A DNA stretch of 64,000 nucleotides from Pirellulales bacterium (GCA_963733035.1 CAVTBU010000004.1:1-64000), one strand, 5' to 3'. Shown: positions 1 to 10,121, numbered from the stretch's first letter. Numbers and translations are program-made. Notes: generated by a model from the letters alone, not told the origin.

Positions 1-493
1 CTCTTGCCATGCTGGGGTGGCATCGACACGACCAGGCCTTCCTGCTTACCGGCCGCGGCCGCATCGATCAACTGCGCAATGGCTGTATCCAGATAGGCGA
101 GGTGCCGGGCCGGACGCCAAGCTCCCTCAGTCACCAGCTGGGCGAACATCCCCGGGCTGGTCGAGGCTAAGAGTCGCTCCAACTGGGCCAATTGCGGGCC
201 GCTGTTCAAGGCTGGCGATAAGCGCAACGACTTGTGATCGACGTTCTTCAAAGGTGACGTTGGAACGGGCATGGCTGCCGGACTCCATGGAAGCCGGGGC
301 GAGATCGAGACCAAGTACGCGCACGACGCGTGGCGATGCACTGATTTACAAGGGCCAGGAAGCGCGGATCGCCGTACTGATTGCGGATCCCTTCCTGTTC
401 GATCAGGGCCAGCTTCTGGAGTTCGTGCTGGCGACAGAGATCAAAATCCCGGACCGCGTCGGCCCGCCATTGTTTCTCAATGATCTTGAGATC
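1..493 (-). pseudogene. Truncated third copy of the TerS-like/TerL module: the TerL N-terminus runs off the window and the TerS-like gene is cut by a transposon
   Basis: Closely similar to 35536-36114 (GDLKIIEKQWRADAVRDFDLCRQHELQKL; SMPPQHGK Walker A), with a ~85-bp internal deletion. Homology stops where the transposon left end begins. Confidence 0.85.
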
Positions 494-533
494 TCCCCGG
501 AAAGAACCCTCTTCGAACCTGTACGCGCGAGAG

Positions 534-722
534 TGTTTTCGAGAAGTGCTTGTCCGGAACGGACTTGCTGAGTTCGAGTCTCTTTCGGTCTCCCTCAAAC
601 CGAAAGGAACCCTTTCGAACTCGGCGCTATCGGGTTAACAGCAATGTCAAGCTGGGCTATTAACTGCGCGACTCTTTTTCCGCACGCCCAAACTTTTGAC
701 GCTCCAGTTAACAGCCGCGCGC
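534..722. repeat. Structured non-coding segment, repeated at 19729-19920
   Basis: Stems GCTGAGTTCG/CGAACTCGGC (567-576/616-625) and GGCTATTAACTG/CAGTTAACAGCC (655-666/705-716) are kept in both copies. Confidence 0.75.
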
Positions 723-820
723 GACTTTGAGAGCTTCATCCTGCTGGTTATTTGCCGGTCTACCATGTACAAAAATGTATCCTTCCTCCAACCTGACAAC
801 GACTTGCGGATTCTACAGGG

Positions 821-1885
821 ATGTTGAAGCCTTACCAGGCCCTGATGGTTCTCCTGGCCCAAGCCACGGACCGCCAACTCGCCAAGTACGTCCAGTTTCT
901 CAAGGCCGAGAACGAAATCCTGCGGGCGCGATTGCCGCAGCGCATCGTGACCACGCCCGCAGAACGGCGCCGGCTGGTCAAATTGGGCAGGCCGCTCGGT
1001 CCGGCGATCAAAGGCCTGATCACGATCGTCAAGCCGGACACGTTTGCCCGCTGGCTGCGAAGTGCACGGAAGACCAAACCCGCCAGCAAACTGGGCCGGC
1101 CCAAGCTGCCGCTGCCGATTCGCGAGTTGGTCCTGCTCATCGCGCGCCAAACCGGTTGGGGCTACACCCGCGTGCTGGGGGAATTGCGGAAACTGACCTC
1201 CCGGAAAATCTCCCGGCAAACGGTGGTCAACATCATGCACGAGCACGGGCTCGATCCTGGACCCAAGCGCGGCGAATCAACCTGGGACGAGTTCATCCAT
1301 ATCCACGCTCAGACGCTCTGGCAGTGCGATTTCTTCAGCAAGCGCATCTGGACACCCAAGGGTTTGCGCGATTACTTCGTCCTGGTTTTCCTGCACGTCG
1401 CCAGCCGACGAGTTTTCATCTCGCCGGCCACCGCCCATCCCAATGCGGCCTGGGTGGTGAACCAGGCCGACCGCTTCTGCGAACACCTGCGATTGACCGG
1501 CGAGCGTGCCGACTTGCTGTTCCACGACAGTGACACAAAATTCACCCGCGTGTTCGATGAGGCGATTCAATCCTATGGCATCCGCGTCCGCCGGCTGCGG
1601 CCCATGTCGCCCAACTTGAATGCCTTTGTGGAGCGTTGGATCCAATCGATCAAGCACGAATGTTTGAATTATTTCATCGTGCTGGGCGAAGCTCACTTGA
1701 ATTACCTCGTGGAGCAGTACGTCAAGCACTACCACACCGAGCGGCCGCACCAGGGTGTCGGCATCGACAATGCATTGCTTTGTCCACGCAGTCCGCCTGA
1801 CGAGGGTGTGCCCCTGCTCGACGAGATCGACTGCCACGAGCGGCTCGGTGGGCTGTTGAAGTCGTACTCGCGCCGGGCAGCGTAG
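821..1885 (+). CDS. DDE transposase, integrase core (rve) domain, IS3/IS481-like superfamily
   Basis: WQCDFF, HDSDTKFT and PNLNAFVERWIQSIKHECL motifs (D-D-E), YHTERPHQG, and C-terminal RLGGLLKSYSRRAA. Confidence 0.9.
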   Translation: MLKPYQALMVLLAQATDRQLAKYVQFLKAENEILRARLPQRIVTTPAERRRLVKLGRPLGPAIKGLITIVKPDTFARWLRSARKTKPASKLGRPKLPLPIRELVLLIARQTGWGYTRVLGELRKLTSRKISRQTVVNIMHEHGLDPGPKRGESTWDEFIHIHAQTLWQCDFFSKRIWTPKGLRDYFVLVFLHVASRRVFISPATAHPNAAWVVNQADRFCEHLRLTGERADLLFHDSDTKFTRVFDEAIQSYGIRVRRLRPMSPNLNAFVERWIQSIKHECLNYFIVLGEAHLNYLVEQYVKHYHTERPHQGVGIDNALLCPRSPPDEGVPLLDEIDCHERLGGLLKSYSRRAA

Positions 1886-2503
1886 CGCGGCTACGTTCGC
1901 GATCGCGGGCCGGCGGCTCGCATTGCTGCTGCGCGGTTTGCTCGAAGTCTTCCGCTCCACTCCACATCGTGCCATTCCTCGGTGCCGCGACCGGCTTCCG
2001 TCGCCTACTGATTCGGAGATTCTGCGATCGCCCCCCTTGCAGATCCATCCGCAATCCGTCGATCCGATCGACGGCAATCATTTTTTTACGGGAAGGACAC
2101 CTGTACACTACCGAAAATACCTGTTTTCTCCGAAGCAAACGCGATTTTATCACGTCCAGAACGCATTTCAACGCGTTTCATATCGCATCGCGTTTTCGCG
2201 GGGAATTACGGTCATTTTGAAAAGCAATCCGGTAATTACCGGATCAAGATTTCGCGTTCGGGCTGATCGTCGCCAACTGGCAATAATGCCAGTTGAGACG
2301 GACGGACGCGACCCCTCAGAGTGCACGGGCTCTTCATTGCACCCAGCGATTGGGGTGATTACACTCCCTCGTATCGGACCCGCATGCCCGCGCCATCGAA
2401 CCAGAGAACAGCTAACCTCCTAGCCTCTCAACCTTAAGCGGCCCGCAACCTGGGCTGCTTTCTCGGTGTTCTGGTTCAAATCCCTACCTTCGGAGAGTAC
2501 GCA

Positions 2504-3499
2504 ATGCGCGCGCTTGGAATATCACTCGTCCTGTGGTTTTGCGTGGTGTCGTCGGCCACGGCCGTCACGATTGATTGGTCGCCAGTGGGCAACCCTGGCA
2601 ATGCCCCCGACTTCACGGGCTACGGCGCTATAGGCTACGAGTACAACATTGGCACGTACGACGTCACGGTCGGCCAATACACCGACTTCTTAAATGCGGT
2701 GGCGAAGACGGACCCCTACGGCCTCTACAACACTTTGATGGCCACGGACCTCAACATCGCCGGCATAGCACGCAATGGCTCCTTGGGCAGCTATACGTAC
2801 AGCATCATCGGTTCTTCGGCGAATCTACCGATCACCTATGTCAGTTGGGGCGACGCGGCCCGCTTTTCCAACTGGCTACAAAACGCGCAGCCGACCGGGA
2901 CCGAAGACGCGGGTACCACGGAAACCGGTGCGTACACCCTCAACGGGGCGGTTACCTACACCGAACTAAACGCGGTCACACGCAACGCCGACGCCACGGT
3001 CTTCATCCCCAGCGAAGACGAGTGGTACAAGGCGGCTTACTACGATCCGGGTAGCAATTCGTACAACCAGTACCCGTTTTCCAGCAACACGGTGCCGACA
3101 TCGGCGCCTCCAGGCAGCACGCCCAACACAGGCAATTTTTATGACTTCGCGACCGGCTTCGCCGTTACGGGGCCCACGAGCTATGACCCCAACCAGAACT
3201 ATCTAACTGATGTGGGAGCGTACACCGCCTCGGGCAGCCCCTACGGCGCGTTCGACATGGGAGGCAACGTCTGGCAATGGAACGAAGCCTTGATTGACGG
3301 TTCGTATTTTCGGGGTCTGCGCGGGGGTTCGTGGTTCTACCCGCACTCCCTGGCGTCCTCGGACCGGTACGCCGAAAGGCCGGCGGACGAGTCCTTCTAC
3401 ATCGGGTTCCGCGTGGCAACCGTCCCTGAGCCAGGTACAGGAGTGCTGGCGATTGTCGCGTGTGGGTTGATGTGGTTGCTACGAAAACGGTTCGAGTAG
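2504..3499 (+). CDS. Secreted FGE-sulfatase/SUMF1 (C-type-lectin fold) protein with PEP-CTERM
   Basis: Signal peptide; EWYKAAY, DMGGNVWQW, RGGSW and GFR motifs; VPEP + TM + RKR tail. Confidence 0.9.
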   Translation: MRALGISLVLWFCVVSSATAVTIDWSPVGNPGNAPDFTGYGAIGYEYNIGTYDVTVGQYTDFLNAVAKTDPYGLYNTLMATDLNIAGIARNGSLGSYTYSIIGSSANLPITYVSWGDAARFSNWLQNAQPTGTEDAGTTETGAYTLNGAVTYTELNAVTRNADATVFIPSEDEWYKAAYYDPGSNSYNQYPFSSNTVPTSAPPGSTPNTGNFYDFATGFAVTGPTSYDPNQNYLTDVGAYTASGSPYGAFDMGGNVWQWNEALIDGSYFRGLRGGSWFYPHSLASSDRYAERPADESFYIGFRVATVPEPGTGVLAIVACGLMWLLRKRFE

Positions 3500-3540
3500 C
3501 ACTTTATCCTTTTTCTCTTTTACCCTTTTCCTTTTGTTCC

Positions 3541-3563
3541 CGCCGAAGGCTGCGCCTTCGGCG
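3541..3563 (+). terminator. GC hairpin, probable terminator
   Basis: Perfect 10-bp stem CGCCGAAGGC-TGC-GCCTTCGGCG after the FGE gene, with a T-run shortly downstream. Confidence 0.5.
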
Positions 3564-3654
3564 CGCGATGGTTTTTTGGGATTTCTATCGTCGAAGCATC
3601 CCGGCACGCTATACTTGCCGCGTCCCGCCCCCTCACGCCCCGGATACCTTCCCG

Positions 3655-3909
3655 ATGAAATCCCCCCGCCGGCAACACTACCGATGCGCAAGTTGCGGAA
3701 AAAAATACTTCTCCGGTCCCAATGAGTTGCCATTGTGCGAGGGATGCCGCGCGTCTGCGGAGCCAGTCACGATTCAACTATCAGTTGCCGAACGCAAGCG
3801 ACTCAAAGCGCAGGCGACGATTCGCGATTGTACGGTAGAGCAAGTACTCCGGGATGCGATCGCGGCTTTCTGCGACCATGGGAAAGGTGAGCCGAAATCG
3901 AGCCGCTAG
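3655..3909 (+). CDS. Small Zn-finger plus ribbon-helix-helix-like protein
   Basis: CxxC...CxxC, then VTIQLSVAERKRLKAQA...VEQVLRDAI. A paralogue lies at 31896-32114. Confidence 0.6.
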   Translation: MKSPRRQHYRCASCGKKYFSGPNELPLCEGCRASAEPVTIQLSVAERKRLKAQATIRDCTVEQVLRDAIAAFCDHGKGEPKSSR

Positions 3910-4036
3910 AGTGGCCCGAAGCTCAAGCGGAAATAGTGCGGCGTATCTCCGGCTAGGCAGCCTCCAATCGTGAAAGTTTCGTAAGGGTGCAATTTTCGCA
4001 TTTTCGCCACTTGTCACGTCCAGTGACAATGTCGGA

Positions 4037-4312
4037 ATGCTTACGCGGATGATTGTTGCCACCGAAGTTCAGCATGTTTTGCCGCTGTTCGGTTTGAGCG
4101 TGACTACGCAACAGGCGGCCGACATTAGCGACATCTATACTGTCGAACGGCCGCGCATGACTTTGGAGCAGCTGACCGGATTGATTCTCCGCCTTCCCGA
4201 TCTCCCTTGGCTCGACGACGACACGAACGCCACGAAGGAACTCACCGTCAGCACCTTGATTTCGCACCTCGATACGATGTACTTCGTAGCGACGTTCGAG
4301 CACGATCGGTAA
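4037..4312 (+). CDS. Hypothetical protein
   Basis: 91-aa ORF with plausible composition, collinear with its neighbours. Confidence 0.45.
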   Translation: MLTRMIVATEVQHVLPLFGLSVTTQQAADISDIYTVERPRMTLEQLTGLILRLPDLPWLDDDTNATKELTVSTLISHLDTMYFVATFEHDR

Positions 4313-4445
4313 TAGCCCAAACTTTCTAACGCACGCCCGCGCTACGCGGCTCAGATTTCACGCGGTGCCGTTTGAACGCGACATGCGCAATACTGTGCGG
4401 GCCGCTTTCCTTGCATCGCGCTGGCGGGTGGCCTATTCTGCCCCC

Positions 4446-4940
4446 ATGCAAGCAAAAACCATCCTCGCCGCCGTCCTGCTGCTTTTGGCGACTGTTGCCA
4501 GCGCCGCCGACACCTTCACCGGCCGAGTGGTCAAAGTCATCGACGGAGACACGATAACCCTACTGGTCGACGGCAACCGGCAGGTCAAAATCCGCTTGAG
4601 CGAGATTGACGCCCCGGAACGTCGACAGGCGTTCGGACGCGTGAGCACTGAAGCACCGGCCAACATGGTGTTTGCCAAAGACGTTCGCATCGTCGACCAC
4701 GGCAAAGACAAGTACGGGCGGACGATTGGCGACGTTTTTATTGGCGACACTAACGTCAACTATGCGACGGTGGCTCTAGGGCTCGCTTGGCAATATCGAC
4801 GCTACTCCAAGTCAGAACGCCTTGCGGAACTTGAACGCGAAGCCCGCGATGCTAGGCGCGGCTTGTGGAGAGATAACGAGCCGGCGCCGCCTTGGGAGTA
4901 TCGCGCGATAGAACGCGAGAAACGAAGCCGGCGCGACTGA
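4446..4940 (+). CDS. Secreted thermonuclease (SNase family)
   Basis: Signal peptide; VIDGDT, IRLSEIDAPE, DKYGRTIG and ARRGLW motifs. Confidence 0.9.
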   Translation: MQAKTILAAVLLLLATVASAADTFTGRVVKVIDGDTITLLVDGNRQVKIRLSEIDAPERRQAFGRVSTEAPANMVFAKDVRIVDHGKDKYGRTIGDVFIGDTNVNYATVALGLAWQYRRYSKSERLAELEREARDARRGLWRDNEPAPPWEYRAIEREKRSRRD

Positions 4941-5119
4941 CCAGCAACATTACGTGGTTTGCTGGACAATTGAAATGTGGTCCTGGTTTTGCTCCGACAA
5001 AAAGCTTTCGGATAAGCAAGGGAACTTCTGTCAGGTTTGTCTTGTCAGGGAAATAGTGGCAGCGGCCTATAACGTTGTATAAGTTATGTTCCCGTCGTTT
5101 TTTCAGGGGCTTCTTGCTC

Positions 5120-6145
5120 ATGAACTTTCGATGCGCTTGCCACCTCCTCGCCGCTGCGGCGATGCTCGCCGCGCTGTCTCCCGCCCACGCCGTCACGATC
5201 GATTGGGTGCCCGTCGGCGACCCAGGCAACTCGCCCGACGTGACCGGATACGGCGAAGTTGACTACAGCTACACGATCGCCAAGTACGACGTTACGGTCG
5301 GCCAGTACACGGCCTTCCTGAACGCCGTGGCCCAGAGCAGCGATCCCTACGACCTTTACGTGACGACGATGAGCACCGACCTTACGGTGGCAGGTATCGC
5401 GCGCAGCGGCTCGTCAGGCAGCTACAGCTACAGCGTGATCGGCTCAGCCGACCATCCGATCACCTACGTCAGTTGGGGCAACGCAGCGCGGTTCGCCAAT
5501 TGGATGGAAAACGGGCAGCCGACCGGCTCGGAAGGGCCAGGCACCACGGAGACCGGCTCGTACACGCTCAATGGTGCGATGACCGACGCGGCCCTCAACG
5601 CCGTCGGGCGCAACCTCGGCGCGACCTACGTCATCCCCACCGAAAACGAGTGGTATAAGGCCGCCTACTATAATCCCAACACCGCCACGTATTTTCAGTA
5701 TCCGTTCTCCAACAATACCGTGCCTACCTCCGCACCGCCGGGCACCACACCGAACAGCGGGAACTTTGTCGGACCAGGTGGATACGCCGTCACCGGCTCG
5801 GGCACCCTCGATCCCAGCCAGAACTACTTGACTGACGTGGGTGCGTACGCCGCCTCCGCCAGCCCCTATGGCGCCTTCGACATGGGCGGGAACGTATCTC
5901 AATGGAACGACGCGATTATTAGCGGCACCCAACGAGGGACGCGCGGCGGTTCGTGGGATGCCAACTCGATCTACATGTCCTCCGGCTTCCGTAACGGCAA
6001 TGTGCCGACGTTCCGCAACCAGCTCATCGGCTTCCGCGTGGAAACGGTGTCCGTCCCCGAACCGGGCACAGTGGTGCTGGCTGCTTTCGGCTTCGCGACC
6101 CTCATGCTCATGCGACTGCGTAAAGCGCGATGGGCAAAGCGATAA
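5120..6145 (+). CDS. Secreted FGE-sulfatase/SUMF1 protein with PEP-CTERM
   Basis: Paralogue of 2504-3499; VPEP-TM-basic tail. Confidence 0.9.
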   Translation: MNFRCACHLLAAAAMLAALSPAHAVTIDWVPVGDPGNSPDVTGYGEVDYSYTIAKYDVTVGQYTAFLNAVAQSSDPYDLYVTTMSTDLTVAGIARSGSSGSYSYSVIGSADHPITYVSWGNAARFANWMENGQPTGSEGPGTTETGSYTLNGAMTDAALNAVGRNLGATYVIPTENEWYKAAYYNPNTATYFQYPFSNNTVPTSAPPGTTPNSGNFVGPGGYAVTGSGTLDPSQNYLTDVGAYAASASPYGAFDMGGNVSQWNDAIISGTQRGTRGGSWDANSIYMSSGFRNGNVPTFRNQLIGFRVETVSVPEPGTVVLAAFGFATLMLMRLRKARWAKR

Positions 6146-6188
6146 AAGTATAGAGCCGCAGATTGCCAGTCCACGGCTCGCCGAATTG

Positions 6189-6514
6189 TCAAAGAACGTC
6201 CGACGCTTCCGCCCGGCGTATTGCCTCGTCGACCAGCGAACCGAACGGGTCCAGCGGGTTAAGCTTGAACGCTAGGCCGGTCGTTACCGAGTTGGCCACC
6301 GCCGCCCAGACTTCCGCCGTACTCGTTTCTTTGTATGAGGTCCGTAGGTGCTCGATAATCTCGGCGCGATGCTTTTGGCATCCTTCCGTTCCCCTGGCGT
6401 ACATCTTCGCGGCCATTTTCTGGCAGCTACCGTTCAGTTTGTCGAATGTGAATGAAAACCCGCCGGCCAGGAGGAGACGACTGGCGACGGCGGGTGTGGA
6501 TTTATTCGTAAAGC
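6189..6514 (-). pseudogene. 5'-truncated hypothetical gene cut by unit U1
   Basis: The frame is open from the stop at 6189 into the U1 left end, with no native start. Confidence 0.4.
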
Positions 6515-6900
6515 GCTCCCCGTAAAGAACCCTCTTCGAACCAATGCGCGCGAGCGCGATTTCGAGAACTGCATCGCCATCAAGGAATTGGCACTTGCCT
6601 GATCGGTGCCGACGATTCGGACGGGCCGCCATTGATTGATGATGTCGAGCAGCTTGCGTGCGAATCTCGACTCGGTGGGCTGCTCAAGACCTATCGTCGT
6701 GCCGCTTGAAGCCAGCCGAATCTCGGTTGATGTGATTCTGCCGCACGCTGGCGATGCGGCCGATCTCTCGAATGGGCAATTCTGAACCGAGATTTCGGAC
6801 GCACGCTGCCATGCTGCCGACGCAAAGGGCTAGGGATTCAAAGCACAACCACGCTCGCGAAGTGCCGAACAGGCTGTGGTATTCTTTTTGTACACAGCGG
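6515..6900 (+). mobile_element. Unit U1: non-autonomous derivative of the DDE element
   Basis: Left end GCTCCCCGTAAAGAACCCTCTTCGAAC, then the last ~40 transposase codons (HQGIG...RLGGLLKTYRRAA*), then right end TTTTGTACACAGCGG. Confidence 0.85.
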
Positions 6901-7109
6901 ATTGCACACATGTCGTGTCGAATTAGGCGGTACTCACTAACCTGAAACCCGTGATTTAATGGTTTGGTTGCCGTTCCCGGACGCATGGTCGCAGAGATTT
7001 GACCCTCCCCACCCGTTCTCGAACGACCGCAATAAGTTGGCGTGGCCACAGTTCCGACGTAGAATTGACCCCGGCCTAACGAGTCGGCAAATATATCGGA
7101 GAGCGTAGG

Positions 7110-7814
7110 ATGATCGGGCGATGCTTCGCTGTGGCAATGCTTGGGTTGACGATTGGCTTTCTGGCTGAACCGTGGCGCGCGATTGCACAAACGCCCGCGG
7201 AGGATGAAGCCGCCCGAGCGAAGATTCTCGAGGGCGCCTCGTGGCGGTGCGCAATGTTTGAAGTTAACGAATGGCTCATGAACCAGCGGGTCTATACCCG
7301 CGAGCAGGTGGATGAGATGCGCGAGGAGTTTCGAGAGCGCGTGGCGGAGATGGAAGCCGACGAATTAGCGTTAGTGCTAGCCGACCTGGAGACTAAGTTG
7401 CACATCATCGATAGCCAGGAGGCGCGCGAAGCTCGCGCATGGATGGCCGAGTATGTGTCGGTGATGTCTGATCGGAAACGGGCCGAAGTGCTGAGGGATC
7501 TGCCAAACTTGGCTCAGATGACTTCAGCTCAACTGCATCAAGAGGTCCTGCGGATCATTAAAAAGAGGGCGAACCTCGACCAGAGGCAGTTAGCCTTCAG
7601 GCGGAGTCAGGCGCAACAAGTTGCGTCCCAAGGACAGAGGAATCAATTTGCGCCGCAAATCCCTGCCCGTGCCCGTGCTGCGACAACCTTCTCGCCCTAC
7701 CGATCGCAATCGAACGTCAATGAGCGTTTGAACGCGGCGCCGGCGAATAGGCGTCCTTCGTTCTTCGTCGACGCATGGGGTAACGTAGGGCGGACTCTAC
7801 CGAGTAGCTGGTAG
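7110..7814 (+). CDS. Secreted alpha-helical hypothetical protein
   Basis: N-terminal signal-like sequence; 234 aa; the only gene between U1 and U2. Confidence 0.7.
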   Translation: MIGRCFAVAMLGLTIGFLAEPWRAIAQTPAEDEAARAKILEGASWRCAMFEVNEWLMNQRVYTREQVDEMREEFRERVAEMEADELALVLADLETKLHIIDSQEAREARAWMAEYVSVMSDRKRAEVLRDLPNLAQMTSAQLHQEVLRIIKKRANLDQRQLAFRRSQAQQVASQGQRNQFAPQIPARARAATTFSPYRSQSNVNERLNAAPANRRPSFFVDAWGNVGRTLPSSW

Positions 7815-7840
7815 GGTGCACTTCCTATTCCGGGAAGTGT

Positions 7841-8175
7841 CCTCCCAGTAAAGAACCCTTGTCGAACGAATTCGTGCGAGTGTACTTTTTCCGAAGGCGC
7901 ATGCTGCCGCCACTTGCTGTGTTGTGAACAGTTTTGAAGTGAGTCTCGCCTCGGCGGCCTGCTGAAGACCTATCGCCGAGCCGCGTGAAGTCGTGTCCCG
8001 GTGGCGCAGTTCCGTTCAGGCTGGCGATGCGCGCCCGTTTGTCCAATTGGCAATTCTGAAACAAAATCTCGGCAACACTCGGCCATTCTGCCAGCGTCAA
8101 TGGGTCGATAGTCGCGGCACAACTTCGCTCGCCGAGCACCAAAATCATTGTGGCATACATTTTGTACATGACAGG
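7841..8175 (+). mobile_element. Unit U2: non-autonomous derivative
   Basis: CCTCCCAGTAAAGAACCC ... RLGGLLKTYRRAA* ... TTTTGTACATGACAGG. Confidence 0.8.
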
Positions 8176-8386
8176 TCCTTGGCATGTTGGCCTATGCTCG
8201 CCGCGCCTGTCGCTAGTTATCCCGCAGCGGCCCCTGGGATTTGTGCGCCGCCGCGCAAAAAAGGCTTATAATCTATCTCGGATCTGGACGATAAGGATTC
8301 ACCGGTGCACCATTGGCAACCGGTATGCCCGCATGCGTTGCTGCCCCGCGCCATGCGGGTGTTTTTTTGCGCTGGCTCAACCTAAG

Positions 8387-8429
8387 AAAACCCCCGCTGC
8401 CTCACGAAGCCCGGTGAACCAGCGGGGGT
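8387..8429 (-). terminator. Probable intrinsic terminator of 8437-9471
   Basis: ACCCCCGCTG/CAGCGGGGGT stem followed by a T-run on the minus strand. Confidence 0.6.
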
Positions 8430-8436
8430 ACTGCCA

Positions 8437-9471
8437 TCAGTATCGGAAGATCACGTCGACGTATAGTCGATTTCGCAGGATATCGGTTCGAGCAGTCATG
8501 GGGAACTCGTAGCCGGCACCGACCTCGCAATGTCGACTCGGCTTCCACCTCGCACCCACCACGCCCGTAACAACGTTGTTTCCGGCCGCACTGCCAGCAG
8601 GCAGGTTCATGATATCGAGTCCGGTGAGATCACCATTGAGATTCAACCCTGAGCTACGCATCCAGTGGTACCAGTTGATGCCCACCAACCCGTAGATGCC
8701 ATCGGTGACTTCGTAGTCCCACTGGTTCGACCAGTACCACATCTGGGTACCCCAGTTTGAGTTGGCGGGCAGGCGGAAGCCCGTGGCACTGAGCCAATGG
8801 CCGCGATCGAAAATCTGCTTGCCTGCCGTGAGAAATAGATGGAAATCACCATCGCCGAAATTCGAGAACACATTTCCCGAGCCTTTGATGAAGTACGTCA
8901 AACCGCCACTGACAAGCAGTTGTCGTTCCGCATCGCGGATGAAGTTGTATTTGAAACCAACGGGAGCTGCGAGAAAACCGTTCGGCGCGCCTCCACCGGC
9001 TTGATTTGCGTTCAAGAATCCAAGCCGCGGAACGATGATGCTGACCCGCTCGGTGACGCGTCCGCGAATCTGGCCCGCGTAGAGTTGAAAGTCGCCACCG
9101 CCAATGCTCGCGGGCAGGCTATTATCAATGAAGATCCCGCGCACTTCCGTCAAAGAACGTGGATCCTCAAAGTAGAACGGATTGGAGAGCGGGCTAATGA
9201 AGCTATCGAAGCAGTGGTCGCTGGGGAGTAGGCCGAAAATGCGTTGGCGACCGTTGAAACAATCACAACAGTCGTGGCATTCTTCATCGCAGCCGAACGA
9301 GGGACAGTTGAGCGGATCGCACAGCGTTGACGCCGAGCCGGCATTGTCAGTTGTCGCGGGTTCGCTTGATCCGGAGTCCGCGTAATAGGCGCTAAACTCG
9401 TTGGCGGCGATTGCCACGCTGCCGAACGAGAGAGAAACAGCTAGAGAGCCAAACACCCAGATCCATCTCAT
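8437..9471 (-). CDS. Putative outer-membrane beta-barrel protein
   Basis: Signal peptide, Cys-rich N-terminal linker, alternating hydrophobic strands, aromatic C-terminus VDVIFRY. Confidence 0.7.
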   Translation of the reverse strand: MRWIWVFGSLAVSLSFGSVAIAANEFSAYYADSGSSEPATTDNAGSASTLCDPLNCPSFGCDEECHDCCDCFNGRQRIFGLLPSDHCFDSFISPLSNPFYFEDPRSLTEVRGIFIDNSLPASIGGGDFQLYAGQIRGRVTERVSIIVPRLGFLNANQAGGGAPNGFLAAPVGFKYNFIRDAERQLLVSGGLTYFIKGSGNVFSNFGDGDFHLFLTAGKQIFDRGHWLSATGFRLPANSNWGTQMWYWSNQWDYEVTDGIYGLVGINWYHWMRSSGLNLNGDLTGLDIMNLPAGSAAGNNVVTGVVGARWKPSRHCEVGAGYEFPMTARTDILRNRLYVDVIFRY

Positions 9472-9734
9472 AGGGGTCGCCTTTCCTCAGCAATGCCAGG
9501 AATAGTGCGCCCCGCATCCTGGTCATCGGCTAGTTGCGCCACCCAAATTGCTCGCGCGGCGACCAGATTCGTGTGGGATCGATTGCGTAGAGTCTGACGC
9601 GAGAAGAGGCTCACGGCGAAGTGCTGGGCTCTGCGCAATCGGTTCCGAATGAGCTGGTTGCACCTATGACGGCTTACGTCCGTGTACCAATCGTGCCAAC
9701 CTTAACCTGGTGGTAGCCGTTGGTTGCCACGGCG

Positions 9735-10121
9735 CCTCCCCGTAAAGACCGCTTTTTGAACCAATGCGCGTGTGAGCGATATCGAGAAGTGCATCGCCAT
9801 CAAGAAATTGGCACTTGCCTGATCGGTGCCGACGATTCTGACGGGCCGCCACTGATTGAAGGCATCGAGCAGCTTGAGTGTGAATCTTGGCTCGGCGGGC
9901 TGCTCAAGGCCTATGGCCACGCCGCCTGACGTCAGGCAAGTTTCGATCAGTTGTGATTCTGCCGCAAGCTGGCGATGCGGCCGATCTCTCGAATTGGCAA
10001 TTCTGAACCGGATTCTCGGCCGGCCGCCACCATGTTGCCGCGCCAATGGCTCGAGAAACGCGGCACAACCACGCTCTCCTGGAGCCGAACTGGCCGTGGC
10101 ATTCTTTTTTGTACGAGGCGG
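9735..10121 (+). mobile_element. Unit U3: non-autonomous derivative
   Basis: Same architecture and length as U1; ends CCTCCCCGTAAAGA and TTTTGTACGAGGCGG. Confidence 0.85.

Larger units (their letters stand above)
493..2096 (+). mobile_element. Unit U0: full-length DDE (rve/integrase-core) transposon
   Basis: Left end CTCCCCGGAAAGAACCCTCTTCGAAC and right end TTTTTTACGGGAAGG form an imperfect inverted repeat. Contains an intact transposase. A second end-like motif CTACCATGTACAAAAATGTAT lies at ~760-780. Confidence 0.8.

Noticed and set aside
707..717. GTTAACAGCCG identical to part of the tRNA-Asn anticodon arm (possible att site)
   Set aside because: Only 11 bp. Matches of this length to some part of a tRNA are expected by chance in 64 kb, and it changes in the 19.9-kb copy.
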